A stretch of 64,000 nucleotides of DNA from positions 930,001 to 994,000 of the forward strand of contig NC_133618.1 of assembly GCF_048593235.1 (NCBI RefSeq). The letters are read 5' to 3'. Shown here one piece after another: positions 1 through 10,373 of this stretch. Source of the DNA: Sminthopsis crassicaudata. Taxonomy: Eukaryota. Below the pieces are notes generated by a model that saw nothing but the letters and a program-made list of their open reading frames with translations, made no database searches and was not told the DNA's origin. Within the stretch, counting starts at the first letter, position 1. Each line of letters starts with the position of its first letter. The position numbers were made by a program, and so were the translations under genes.

Positions 1-169
1 TTCTTGCTTAGGCCAGTGTTGGCCCGAGGCCCGGGGAGGATCTGGGATTTTCTTGGGAAGGACATGTAGCCCTTGGGGTGAACTGTCTCCCCTCCCCCAT
101 GGTGTGATCCACCATGCACACAAAACAATCTCCACAGGAGCAGTCACCCCTTGGAAGGTGAGCCACCTG

Positions 170-950
170 CTGATCCTGTACCCCAAAGAGATCATAAAAG
201 AGGGAAAAGGGCCCTGTGCAAAAATGACTGAAGAAATTATGTTCTTATATTGTATTTAATTTATACTTTAACATATGTAACATGTAGTGGTCAACTTGCC
301 ATCTGGGGGAGGGGGCGGGGGTAAGGAAGGGAAAAATTGGAACAGAAGGTTTGGCAATTGTCACTGCTGAAAAACTACCCATAAATATATCTGGTAAATA
401 AAAACCATAATTAATTAAAAAAAAAAAAAAAAAAAAAAAAAGAAGTTATGTTCTACAGTACCGATTCATTAGAAGTGATGGGCGGGCTGATTCCAGAGAA
501 GCCTGGAAAGACGTGGCTGACCTGGGCCCGAATGAGGTGAGCAGAACCTGGAGATCAGCGTGCCTAGGAGCAGCAGGACGGGGTCAGGGGCAGCTGAGAT
601 GGACGAGGCTCTTCTCAGCGTTGGGTGATCGGAGCGCTTCCGATACACAGGATGGACGATGTCGCTTGCATTCAGGACTCTGGAGACGAATGTGGACAAA
701 AGCAGAGTGCTTTCACCTCTATGATTTTCCCTCTCTTGGAGGTTTTTGGTCTGATTTTTCTTGCACAACCTGACAAATACAGAAGTGGGTTTACAAGCCT
801 GCACAGATCTCAACTGTATCAGATTGTTTGCTGTCGTGGGGAAGGGGAGGTAAGAGGGGAGGGAGAAGATTTAGAATTTTTCCCAAAATCTTATGTTGAA
901 AACCATTTGTTTGTGTATTTGGAAAAATGAAATATTACTAAAAAAAGGAA
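170..950 (+). mobile_element. LINE-1 3' fragments (older L1 ORF2 end/3'UTR interrupted by a short poly(A)-tailed L1 end at about 246-439)
   Basis: CTGTACCCCAAAGAGATCATAAAAGAGGGAAAAGG and the G-rich 3'UTR match the other L1 ends in the window. Poly(A) at about 417-440. Near-perfect direct repeats AAGAA(A/G)TTATGTTCT at 231-245 and 440-454. Confidence 0.75.
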
Positions 951-1099
951 AAAAGAACCTGAGACCTCTGATGGCAGGGTCTGTACTGCTCCTCCCTCTG
1001 TAGGAGCACTTTGCACACAGTAAGTGCTCACTCAGTGCTTTTTTATTTCATTCATTCCTTGTTTGCAGAGACCTTCCACTGGCCCAGAGTTGACCAAAA

Positions 1100-4000
1100 A
1101 TGAGCAAAGTACAAAATCTGCTGCTGGAATCCCTCCTGGGCACGAAGCATGTGGACCACGCGGCCATCATCAAGTTCCACGAGCAGACTGTGTTGGTGTC
1201 TTCTCCAGGGTTTAATGTAAGAAAAGAGCGGGTGGTCGGCATCACAACCGAGGGGCTTCTGGGGCCTCACACGGCATGGGGCCTGCGGCCAGAGAGACCT
1301 GTGGATGGTTCTCGGCTGACCCCGTCTGCCTCCAGCTGTCCTGGGCAGTTCTTGGGGGACCCGTCCACCTCCAGCTGTCCCACAGGGGCTTCTTGGCTCA
1401 CCCCATCTGCCTCCATTTCTCTGGCTGTCCCACAGGCTGTTGGGAGGATCGGATGAGGTCTTATCTATAGAGTCCTTAGCCTGGAGTCTGGCACATAGTA
1501 GGTGTTTCATAGATGCTTCTCCCCTTTCCTTCTTTGTCCCTAAAACCGCAGATCTCACCCAATGACATCCGTGTGCTTGTGAACGTGTTCTCCAAGAACC
1601 CTTTTCAGGTGCGCAGGGAGGGACTCTACTTCAAGGAGAAGGATTACACATGCGTCCGGGCAGATGAACGCTCCCTTTATGCCAAGAAGGTAAGTGGCTG
1701 AGAGGCGAAAACCCGGCTCTGGCCAGCCCCTCCCACCTCACCAAACCAGATGGGGACGTGCCATATTAAAGGGCAGAGTGATAAGAAATCAGAAAAGCAG
1801 GATCTGGCCAGGGATGCAGTTCTTTTCTTTTTATGTTTTCTTGTCTTTTGTTTTTATATCACCTAGATTTCCCATTACCTTCTTTCTGTTCCCTCCCAAA
1901 GAGCCTTTTTAAAAAGGAGAATTTTAAAGATAAAACTAAAAAAGGAAAAAAAGAGAAAATAAATCAGCAAAAATAATGAGACACACCAAAAAAGGAAGGC
2001 CAAAACTCTCCCACAGAGCCAAGCCAACACACTTGCCCTGGTCGTGTCTGAAGAGCGCACGTGGTGACCCGCGGCTCTCGGTCAGATGGACGCCATCGGC
2101 TCGCGGCCATCTGGTTGGCCATCGTGTTGATCGCACAGCCCTAAAAGTGGCCTGGTCTTGTTTGTTTTACAAAATGTTCTCCAGTTCTGTCTTCCCTCTG
2201 CATCAGTCCATACACATCTTCCCAGATTTCTCTGCATCCGTGCCCTTTATCCTTGCTCATGGCACAGTAGGAGGGAGGCTCGTGGTCAAACCTGTGACTT
2301 TGGGGGCTGGATGGAGGACAGACTGGAAGCAACCTCTCTGCAACAGAGCGGGCGTGGAGGGGAGGGGGGACGAGGGCAGGGGAAATGAGAGCATGGGTCC
2401 AGGTCCATGAGATGTTGCAAGGGCAACACTGACAGGCCTGGAGGGCGAGAGAGGAGCGGGCAGTCGTCCTCCACAGTAACAGGGACTTTAGGAAGACCAG
2501 AGGGAGTGGGATAGGGTCGGGAGCTCTGCTTTGGCTGCCTCGGGTTCCAGATATCTGTGGGGTGTCCAGTTGGAGATGGAAGGTTGGAGGTCAACAGAAG
2601 GTCGGGGCAGAAAATGCAGGGCTGAGAACCATCAGCACAGACATGGGCATTAGGTCCATGGGAGTTGGTGAGCTCACCAAGGGAGCAGTCTAGAGGAAGA
2701 TGAGAGGAGGGTCCAAAACAGAGGTCAGAATTCCAGTCAAGGAGATAGGGGAGGAGAGGGAGAGAGAGAGAGAGAGAGATGGAGAGAGACAGAGACAGAA
2801 ACAGACAGAGACAGACAGAGCCAGTGAATCAGAGGCACTTTTTCAGCCTCCTGGAGGAGTCCGGACAAAGGCAGCCCAGATACAGGCCCCTGCATGGTCA
2901 CCCACTTGGTCCCTTGCATTTGGGAGACAAGGAGTCAGTGAGAGGCCAGACCTTCCCCTTGTCTCTTCCTTTGTAAGGGAAGGAGGGGGGAACAAGTACT
3001 GATTAAACACCTGCTGTGTGCCCAAATGGTCTCTCCTTTAATCTTCCCGATGGCCCCAGGAGGTAAGTACCCCCTGCGCCTGCTCAGGACCTCCCTCTGG
3101 GAAAGCCTCCCTTGCCCAGGGTTTGTGGCCTCCACCCTTCCCTCCCAAGATGCAAGTGCAAGAACAGGGCGGGGGGACCCCAGGATGCAGAGAGGCCGGT
3201 CGAGCTGAGCGCTCGCCTGGCAGGGCCCGGTCAGGGTCTCCTCTGCTTCTCTCCAGAATGACACGGGGCTGGTGGTGGTTCAAACCAACCTCTACCTCCT
3301 GGTGGCCACTTATCGGGAGGACATGTACGCCAGCGTGTGCGTGGAGGCCGTAGAGAAGCTGGGTAAGGGCACGGGGGCCAAACTCCTCTCTCCACAAGAA
3401 GAGCAGCCTCCTCAGGGAGGTCTGAGACCCAGCCTTTGCTCCCGGGGCAGTCCCCCCTCCCATTAGGACCCCTCCTTGCCCCTGGATTGGCCTTTGTGTC
3501 CCCCTGAGGCTGCAGCTTCTCGGGGGGTTTCCCAGAATCCCAGGGCTGAGGGACCTCAGTGACCCCTGAGCCCGACCCCCCTTTCTCCACCACTTCCTGA
3601 TGAGCGCTTCTCCGGCCTTGGAGACCTTTGTGAGCCGGAGCCCCCCAGTCCCTTTGTGAGCAGGAGCCCCCCGGCCCCTCTCACCTGCTTCTTCCCCGGC
3701 TCAGAGAGAATGTGTCCTTCCCCCCTGGCCCCCCCCGAGATTTCCCCGGGCTCCAGGTGACCGGTCCCTTCATAGTGAGATCATGGACTCCAGGCCCGTC
3801 CCGGGCTCCCAGCTCTCTGGCAGCTGCCTAGGGGAAGGGGAGTTTGCAGCCCACTGCCACCACCAGATTTTCTTCAGATCCCACCTCTGCTGGGAGGAGG
3901 GGGACACACGGAATTCCCAGAGAAGTGACGAGGAACGGGGAGCCGGGACTGCCCAGCCCCGTGGCCGCCCGGGTTGGGGACTCTCAGGGACAAACGGGCA

Positions 4001-4288
4001 CGGGGAGGCTCGGAAGGCTTCGCCAGGGGAAGCGGTGCCGAGGAGGGGGAGCCAGGGCTGCCCATCCTGGTCCGGTGCCGGCTCGGAGGATGGGCCCCGT
4101 CCCAAGCCTGGCTTTGGGGACTTGGCTCACGTCCTCCTCGTGCTCGGCCCCCTGAGGGTCCCGGCTTCTGCCCATCCCCGAGCTGCGGGGTCCCAGTCCC
4201 TCCCCCACAGGGGAGTGCAGGGGCCAGCTGACCCCCATCTAATCTCTGGTTTCTTCCAGGAGACTACTTAAGGAGAAAGGGAAATTAA
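1100..4288 (+). CDS. PFN4: Profilin-4, join(1100..1216,1552..1689,3257..3362,4260..4288), 129 aa
   Basis: Four GT-AG exons of 117+138+106+29 = 390 nt. Reads [24 protein letters not shown]...[26 protein letters not shown]...[32 protein letters not shown], recognisable as profilin-4. An acceptor at 1067-1068 implies a 5' non-coding exon upstream. Confidence 0.95.
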
Positions 4289-5047
4289 TCCTCTGGGAAG
4301 ATTCTGGGAACCTCAACTAAAGAAAAGACCGATTTCCAAAGAAGGGTTGAGGTCATGACTAATGGCCTGGACTACCTGGGTGACAGTCCCAGTCCGGGTC
4401 AGAAGGGGGGTTAGGGTTAGCGTTTACAGCCTAGACAGTCCAGGGTTAAAGGTCAGGGGTGGGGGGGTCAAAGCCAGAATTAGGGGTGGTCATGTGGTCA
4501 ACGGCCCAAACAGTCCAAGGTAAAGATCAGGACTGCGGATGCTATTGGGATGGACAGCTGGGAGTATTGGGGGTCAAGGCTGAGATTGGGATTGACAACT
4601 TGGAATATTTGGGGTCAAGGCTGGGACTGGGGTTGACATCTGGGAGCGTCTGTGATCCAGGCCGGGACTGGGGTTGACAGCTGGGAGTGCCCGGGGTCAG
4701 GGCCTGGCTGGGGTCTTTCTTCCTAGGGTGGATGCTTCCAGGGATTTCTGGGTCCTGCCCCTGGGACCCTTGGGGAGGGAGCTTTCCCGGGGCCCCTGTG
4801 GGCCTCTGCGGGGGGAGCCTGCCCCTCCTTGGTCACACACAGAAGGGTGGTCGAGGCGTAGCTTAGCAATGGCCAGGCCCCAGAAAGCCTGGCCTGGGCC
4901 GCCCACATTCAGGGAGCAGATTCGGTGCCCCTGAGGAGCCAAATACAGCCCCAGGGGACCCGGATCCTGAGGAGTGCTCCCCGTCCACGTGGGAGCTGCA
5001 GCCGTCGCCACGCCTTCCCCCGTCCCAGACCTGGTTCTTCCCAAGCC

Positions 5048-5053
5048 AATAAA
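5048..5053 (+). terminator. Probable PFN4 polyadenylation signal AATAAA
   Basis: First AATAAA after the PFN4 stop, followed by U-rich TCTTCTGTTTG. Confidence 0.55.
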
Positions 5054-6665
5054 CCTCTGCACCGTCTTCTGTTTGCTCGCTGGGGAAGGGGAACCTGTGG
5101 CGGGGGCTGGAGAGGAGACCTGAGTGAGGGAAGATGGGGCCCCACAAGGAGCCCGGGGGCCTCAGGGTGGGCCCCTCTCCCACAGCCCATCCTGGGCCCC
5201 GCGGACCTGGCAGGTGCTCTCATTAGCTGGCAAACGAGTCAAGCAGAAGTTCTCACTGGCCCAGGGTCACGTCCAAATGGGTCTGGGGCCACATGAACTC
5301 GGCTCTTCCCGCCGGGACCCCTTGGCTGCCAGGGCCATCTCCAGTCACCCCGCATTTGCCGATTGGCTTTGCTGGCCCTCCCTCCCTCCCTCCAACCCGC
5401 CTCCCCTGCTGTCTGGGCAGCAGCTCCCTGATGTCCCCGATGTCCCCGAGCTCTTGGAGGAGAAGGGCTGGTGAATGGGGGGAGGAGGAAGCCCACCCTG
5501 AGCAAAGGCCACGCACATCCTCCAGGCACTCATCTCCTGGCAAGCCCCAGACTCCCATTTCCCTTTCTCCCCCAGCTTGTTTCACACACCCCTTCCCTCC
5601 CATGACCCTGCTTCTGGGGAGCTTGGGACGTCCCGGCAGGGAGCAACCACCATTGCCCAGGCTCAGGGCGGGGGAACCCATCTGAGAGAGATGATCCTTG
5701 GCACAGAGCCCACAACAAATGCTCATCCTCTCTCCGCTTGCTCCCAGCTCCCGCTCACCCTGAGCTCGGCCACGACTGTTTTAAGGCAGACCTGGCTCAC
5801 GAGATTGGTGCGAGGGGGTATGGGAACCAAGAAACAGGCGAGGGGAACCACGTGCCCAGGCTGCCCGGCCTCAGCACTCCCTGCCGCCTTCCCGGGTGCA
5901 AAGGGCAAGCCCTGGGCAGGGGTGTCTCCCTGCTGACTCACAGGGTTCAAGCTGGAGAGCTGGGGCCTTCCAGCTGGGGAATGGAGGCTTGGCTCTTCTC
6001 CGTCCTCGGTCCAGTGGGGCTGAATGTTCCCCGAGGCGGGCGCCGTACTGGAGGGGAGGGACTGTCCCCATCGTGCCCCTCTAGGGTTCAGGGCGTTAGG
6101 AGGGAGTCAGCCCACGAAGGGTCAGGAGATGTTTACCCTGGAGAAGAGAAGGCTGGGTGAGGGGGCAGGGGCAGCCGGGAAGCCCCAAGGTGGGGGGGAG
6201 GGAGGCAGGGAGCATACAGGGAAGCAGGTCTGTGCCACAGGGAAAGGGCAGCTCCCATCCCTGGAGGGCATGGGGCCGGACAATGGCTGTTAATTTGTGC
6301 AGTTCTCAGGTCTCTCCGGGTCTGCCTTTCATCCCTAGTGGCCAGGCCAGTGTCTTGCCCGTGGTAAGCCTTTGCCGTCTTGAGTGGCAAGTGGCTTAAT
6401 CTCTGAGGCTCAGTTTCCCGGGTGTCTGGAGATGACTGGACTCCATGACCTCTGAGCTCCCTTCTAGCTCTACATTCAGTGCACATCCCCTTTCCTGGCT
6501 CAAAATCCATGTCTTAAACATGAGGGGCCTTTCCTTGTCTCTATTCTTTGGAGCCCCCCACACCCCCCAGGACCCTAAGAGATAGGTTTCTCCGTCTGCC
6601 CCCGGGAGCCCCCAAATTGCCAGCTTTTAGATCTTTCAAACTGGAAGCTCTGGAGGCATCTCAAG

Positions 6666-6855
6666 CTCTAGTCCAGCGACTTAGCCGCTTGTAAGAATCC
6701 TAACAGGAAACAGGATTCCAGCGGGCAGATCCTTGGCGTGCCGAGCACAGGGCTGGCATGGTTGGAACCTCTGCAAAGGGAGGGTTTTAGTTGGGCTCTT
6801 TTAGAAGAGGGGGCTTGTTAGGATTCTTACAAGGGGCTAAGTCACTGGAATGGAG
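6666..6855. repeat. Inverted repeat, 40-bp arms (36/40 complementary) around a 110-nt spacer; MITE-like
   Basis: CTTGTAAGAATCCTAACA (6688-6705) is the exact reverse complement of TGTTAGGATTCTTACAAG (6816-6833). The match extends outward with 4 mismatches. Confidence 0.85.
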
Positions 6856-7600
6856 AGAGACGATAGTTATCTCCTTTAGCCTGCTTCAGTCCGATGGATC
6901 TGAGCCTACCAGGAGATGTCACAGGCCAGAACTTGAGACAAGGTACTCAGTGCAATTGAGGAGACAGTGGTTACAGCTAGTTTAGCACTGATTTAATCCT
7001 ACCACAAATGATGGTTTCCTAGTGATGTCATGATTGGGGTGTGCTCAGTGTGGGGCCAGACTCACAAGGCCGCTCTCCGGGATGGAGACAGATTCATTCC
7101 CACTTCCACCTTGTGCTGTCCGGGGACATGGGGGGACGAGAGGCTGACGCTGCAGAGGCAAAGGACTGGCGACCAGAGCTCTCGGAACCGAGGACGTAGA
7201 TAGGCCTCTAAGAGAGCTGACCGGGCCCCAGGAAGGAGACAAGACTTAAAAGGAAACAATAAAGGATCTGGACTTTAACTCCTGGCTGCATTTGGGGGGA
7301 TTACTCTGAACTGAAACGAAGGCTGCCTCCAGAAGCCCCCCAAGAAACCTGCTCCCAGAGAACATTATATTCTAGAGAGGAGCATTACAGGGGCTTTGGC
7401 TACAAGCTGAAGGGGGCTGGTTCCCAGGGTGGCTCCTGGCAGGCTTTCAGCCAGGGTTAGGATTTGAATTGAATTCCATGGGTTTCGTGACTGAGCTGGC
7501 CCCACCCAGATAACAAAGATGACAGTTCGGGTGGAGTCCCCTCACAGAGGCCAAGTTGAAGGAGATTTTCTCCTTTTTCCTTTAAGGGTTTCTTCTTCAA

Positions 7601-7686
7601 AGAGATCTCATGACCTTTCCCTTAGAACCCTTCCCATTTCAGAAGAGATCTCATGACCTTTCCCTTAGAACCCTTCCCATTTCAGA
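7601..7686. repeat. Perfect 43-bp tandem duplication
   Basis: AGAGATCTCATGACCTTTCCCTTAGAACCCTTCCCATTTCAGA occurs twice, at 7601-7643 and 7644-7686. Confidence 0.95.
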
Positions 7687-7929
7687 ACCGGCTCGGGGTG
7701 GCTGAAGGCTCTGCCATTCCCCTAATCCCTGGGAGTCCCACCTCCGCAGGATCCTTGACTCCTCATTTAGGGACCTTGCCATTTCTCCCGGACATCTTTG
7801 ATTACATAAGTGTCTTTCCCACGGTCCCCCCTGCCTCTTGTCCTTACGAGGGCTGCGGGGCGACCAAGTTCTAGCTCCGCCCGCTTACTGGCTGTGGAAA
7901 CGGCTCCTGCCAGGGGAAGTCTCGGCACT

Positions 7930-9400
7930 CGGTGCATCCCCCTAGCTCTCCGAGCTCCGAGGCCCTTCACTTAAGCCCAGCCCTCTTTGCTACCCCGAGG
8001 GTAGGCGCGGCTGCCGGGCTTGCTCCGTCTTCGGCGAGCCGCCCCCGAGAGGCCCCTGACGCCCGAGCCGCGGGAACCCCAGGGGCTAAGGGGGAGAGAC
8101 GTCCCAGAGCTCTGGCCTCGGCAGCAGACTGGACGGGTGGGCGAGGAGTGGGAAATGACGGGCTGTGAGCCGGGGGCCCGGGCGGCCGCCGGAGAGTCGG
8201 TCGGACGGAGCGCAGCCTCACGGGCCCGGGTCCGAGCGCCCTGGGAGTCCGGGCTGGTCGCAGCGCGGGCGGAGCCGGCTGGGGACTTCGGGGCCCTTCC
8301 CCGGGCCGAGGCGGAGTCAGAGGAGGAGTCAAAGGGGGCCGAGCGAGGGGGAGGCGGCCCTTCCGCCCCCTCCTTCCTCCCTCCTGAATGCCCCGCTGGC
8401 CCCCGCCTCTTCCAGTCGGTGCCGGGTCCCGGTCCTACAGGTAGGAGCTGCGGGGAGCGGACTCGGGCGAGGTGGGGACCGGGCTGCCTGAGCGAGGGCG
8501 GGGGGCGGGGGGGGGGCGCTTCCCTCCTCCGCCAGCCGCCCCTCAGCACCAGGGACAGGGCCGAGCGGGGCAGAAGCGGGGAGCCGAGGAGCGCCCCCTG
8601 CGCCGCGGTTTTCCATTTCTTTTTTTTTTTTCCTGAGGCTGGGGTGAAGTGACTTGCCCAGGGTCACACAGGTAGGAAGTGTGAAGTGTCTGAGACCAGA
8701 TTTGAACTTGGGTCCTCCTGAATTCAGGGCTGGTGCTCTATCCACTGCGCCCCCTAGCTGCCCCCTGCGCCGCGGTTTTCCAAGGGGCAATGACGGCTGG
8801 CACCAGAAGTCCGGGGAGCCCTTGCACTCTCCCGCGCCCACCGCCCGCCGCTCTGCGGGACTCGGGCCACGCCCCGGGCTCAGCTTGCCCCTCCCCCCAG
8901 CTGGGCGTCCCGTCACCTGGCCGAACCTGAGCCCGCCGCTCGCGCCGCTTCCTGGGTCCCGGGGAGGGAGCGGCAAGCAGGAGCAGCTCCCGACTCCCGG
9001 AGTCCCAGCTCCCCCCCAGTCCCAAGCTCCCCCGCTCTCAGCTCCCGGGGTCCCCGGCTAGAGCCCGCCTCCGCCTCCGGGGAGTCCCGGCCTCTCCCCG
9101 GCGCCCTCATCCCGCCCCGAGCCCCGCCCCCACCTCCTGGGGGTGCTCCTAGTTGGAGCTGAGTCCCGCGGGGGGGGGGGGGGGGGCGGCGGGGGGTCCC
9201 TGGTTCTTCTGTACGCCCAGAGGGAGGCTGGGTCCGGGCCGCAGGCGCGTGTCCGACTCCTCCCAGGGGCCCCCATTCCGAGGGGTCACTTCTCCCCGCC
9301 GCGCAGCCTTCCTCTCTCCCGCTTCTCTTTGGGCTGGCTCCATCCCCGGGGGCGACTCCCTCCCGCTATTCTCCGTCTGCTGGTGCCTTCGCTCTGCTTC
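7930..9400 (+). promoter_or_regulatory. CpG island, probable TP53I3 promoter and 5' non-coding exon region
   Basis: Dense CpG and GC boxes 1-2.4 kb upstream of the TP53I3 ATG. Candidate donors CAG|GTAGGA (about 8441) and AAG|GTGAGA (about 9491). Confidence 0.6.
8616..8764 (-). mobile_element. Young marsupial CORE-SINE (WSINE1-like) with target-site duplication
   Basis: The minus strand begins GGGGCAGCTAG...GCGCAGTGGATAGAGCACCAGCCCTGAA...GTTCAAATCTGGTCTCAGACAC...GACCCTGGGCAAGTCAC and ends in poly(A). Flanked by identical CCCCCTGCGCCGCGGTTTTCCA at 8594-8615 and 8761-8782. Confidence 0.85.
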
Positions 9401-9599
9401 GGAAGTGGCCAGGGTTCTCCCTCCCGCTCCCTCCCTCCTTTCCGCCTTCCCTGCCCCACCCTCACCTCGCCCCCTCCTCTGGGACCCAAGGTGAGAAGGT
9501 TCCCCCTGGGTCTCCCAGGCCGAGCAGTGGCCACCAGTCTTCTCCAGGCCAAGCCTTGCGCTGCTCCCACTTCAGCTCACAGAACGGGACCTCTGGCAG

Positions 9600-9850
9600 T
9601 TCCAGTCTTTGTCTGGGTTTTCCAGGCCTCCATAGCTGTGCTGCCTAGAGCTAGACCGAGTGCTCCCAGTGTGGCGGCGGCGCCGGGCGGCAGGCCTGGG
9701 GCCCAGCGCTTCCCTGTTCCTCTCCAGATACACCCCAGCAGCCGACAGGGTGGCCGGGGTGCCACATCAGATTGCTGATTCATCCTGAGCTTGCAGTCCA
9801 GTCTAACGCTGAGCTCCTCCCCAGAAGCGATTTCTGGAGCCCTGATTATA
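9600..9850 (-). mobile_element. Decayed L3/CR1 LINE fragment
   Basis: The minus strand GACTGCAAGCTCAGGATGAATCAGCAATCTGATGTGGCA resembles the recalled L3 ORF2 segment GACTGCAAGCTCAATATGAGTCAACAGTGTGATGTGGCA. Confidence 0.55.
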
Positions 9851-10373
9851 AGATGGACTGTGTGCGAGCCCTCCCTCTGCCTGGGGCTCTCCAGTCCTTT
9901 CCGAGGTGGGGACGAGGAGGGCTCCCTCTGGGGCCACGGATGCCTCAGGGCTTGACCTTGAACTGTCTGTCTTAGCTGGACTTAGCGGGCTGCCTGGCCC
10001 ACAGGAAGTGCTCCGCCACTGGTTTTTGAGTGGCTGGCTGATTGTCCAGGGAAAGAGTTTCTGTGTGAGCCATAAACCAGGGACTGAGGCTCTAGGAATA
10101 GGAGGTGCATGGTGCGGGTGCTGGGTGGTCTGGTGCAAGACGGAAGCCCCGGGACCCGGAGCCAGCCTCCCTGGATAAAGGGACTGACCATCTCAAATGC
10201 TCTGGCTTTGTTTGCCCAGGACTAGCACAAGTTTATTCCCTAGGAAAGGCTCCTCCATTGGATTGGGGAGGGAAGGAAGAGGAAAGAACAGCTTCCTCCC
10301 CCATTCCTGGTGGCGGTTGCTGTCCGCTCTCACTCACTGTCCCCTTCCATCGGCTCCTCTCTGAAGAAGCATC

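Noticed and set aside
4400-4720. GGGTTAGGGTTAG and degenerate GGGGTC/GGGGTT repeats as an interstitial telomere
   Set aside because: Only two TTAGGG-like units, and the rest is too degenerate to support the call.
8680-8764. tRNA-like A/B boxes
   Set aside because: They are the head of a CORE-SINE with poly(A) and target-site duplication, not a tRNA gene.
4300-10300. FAM228B exons, expected from human synteny
   Set aside because: I could not recognise any FAM228-like peptide in either strand's ORFs; its coding exons probably lie left of the window.
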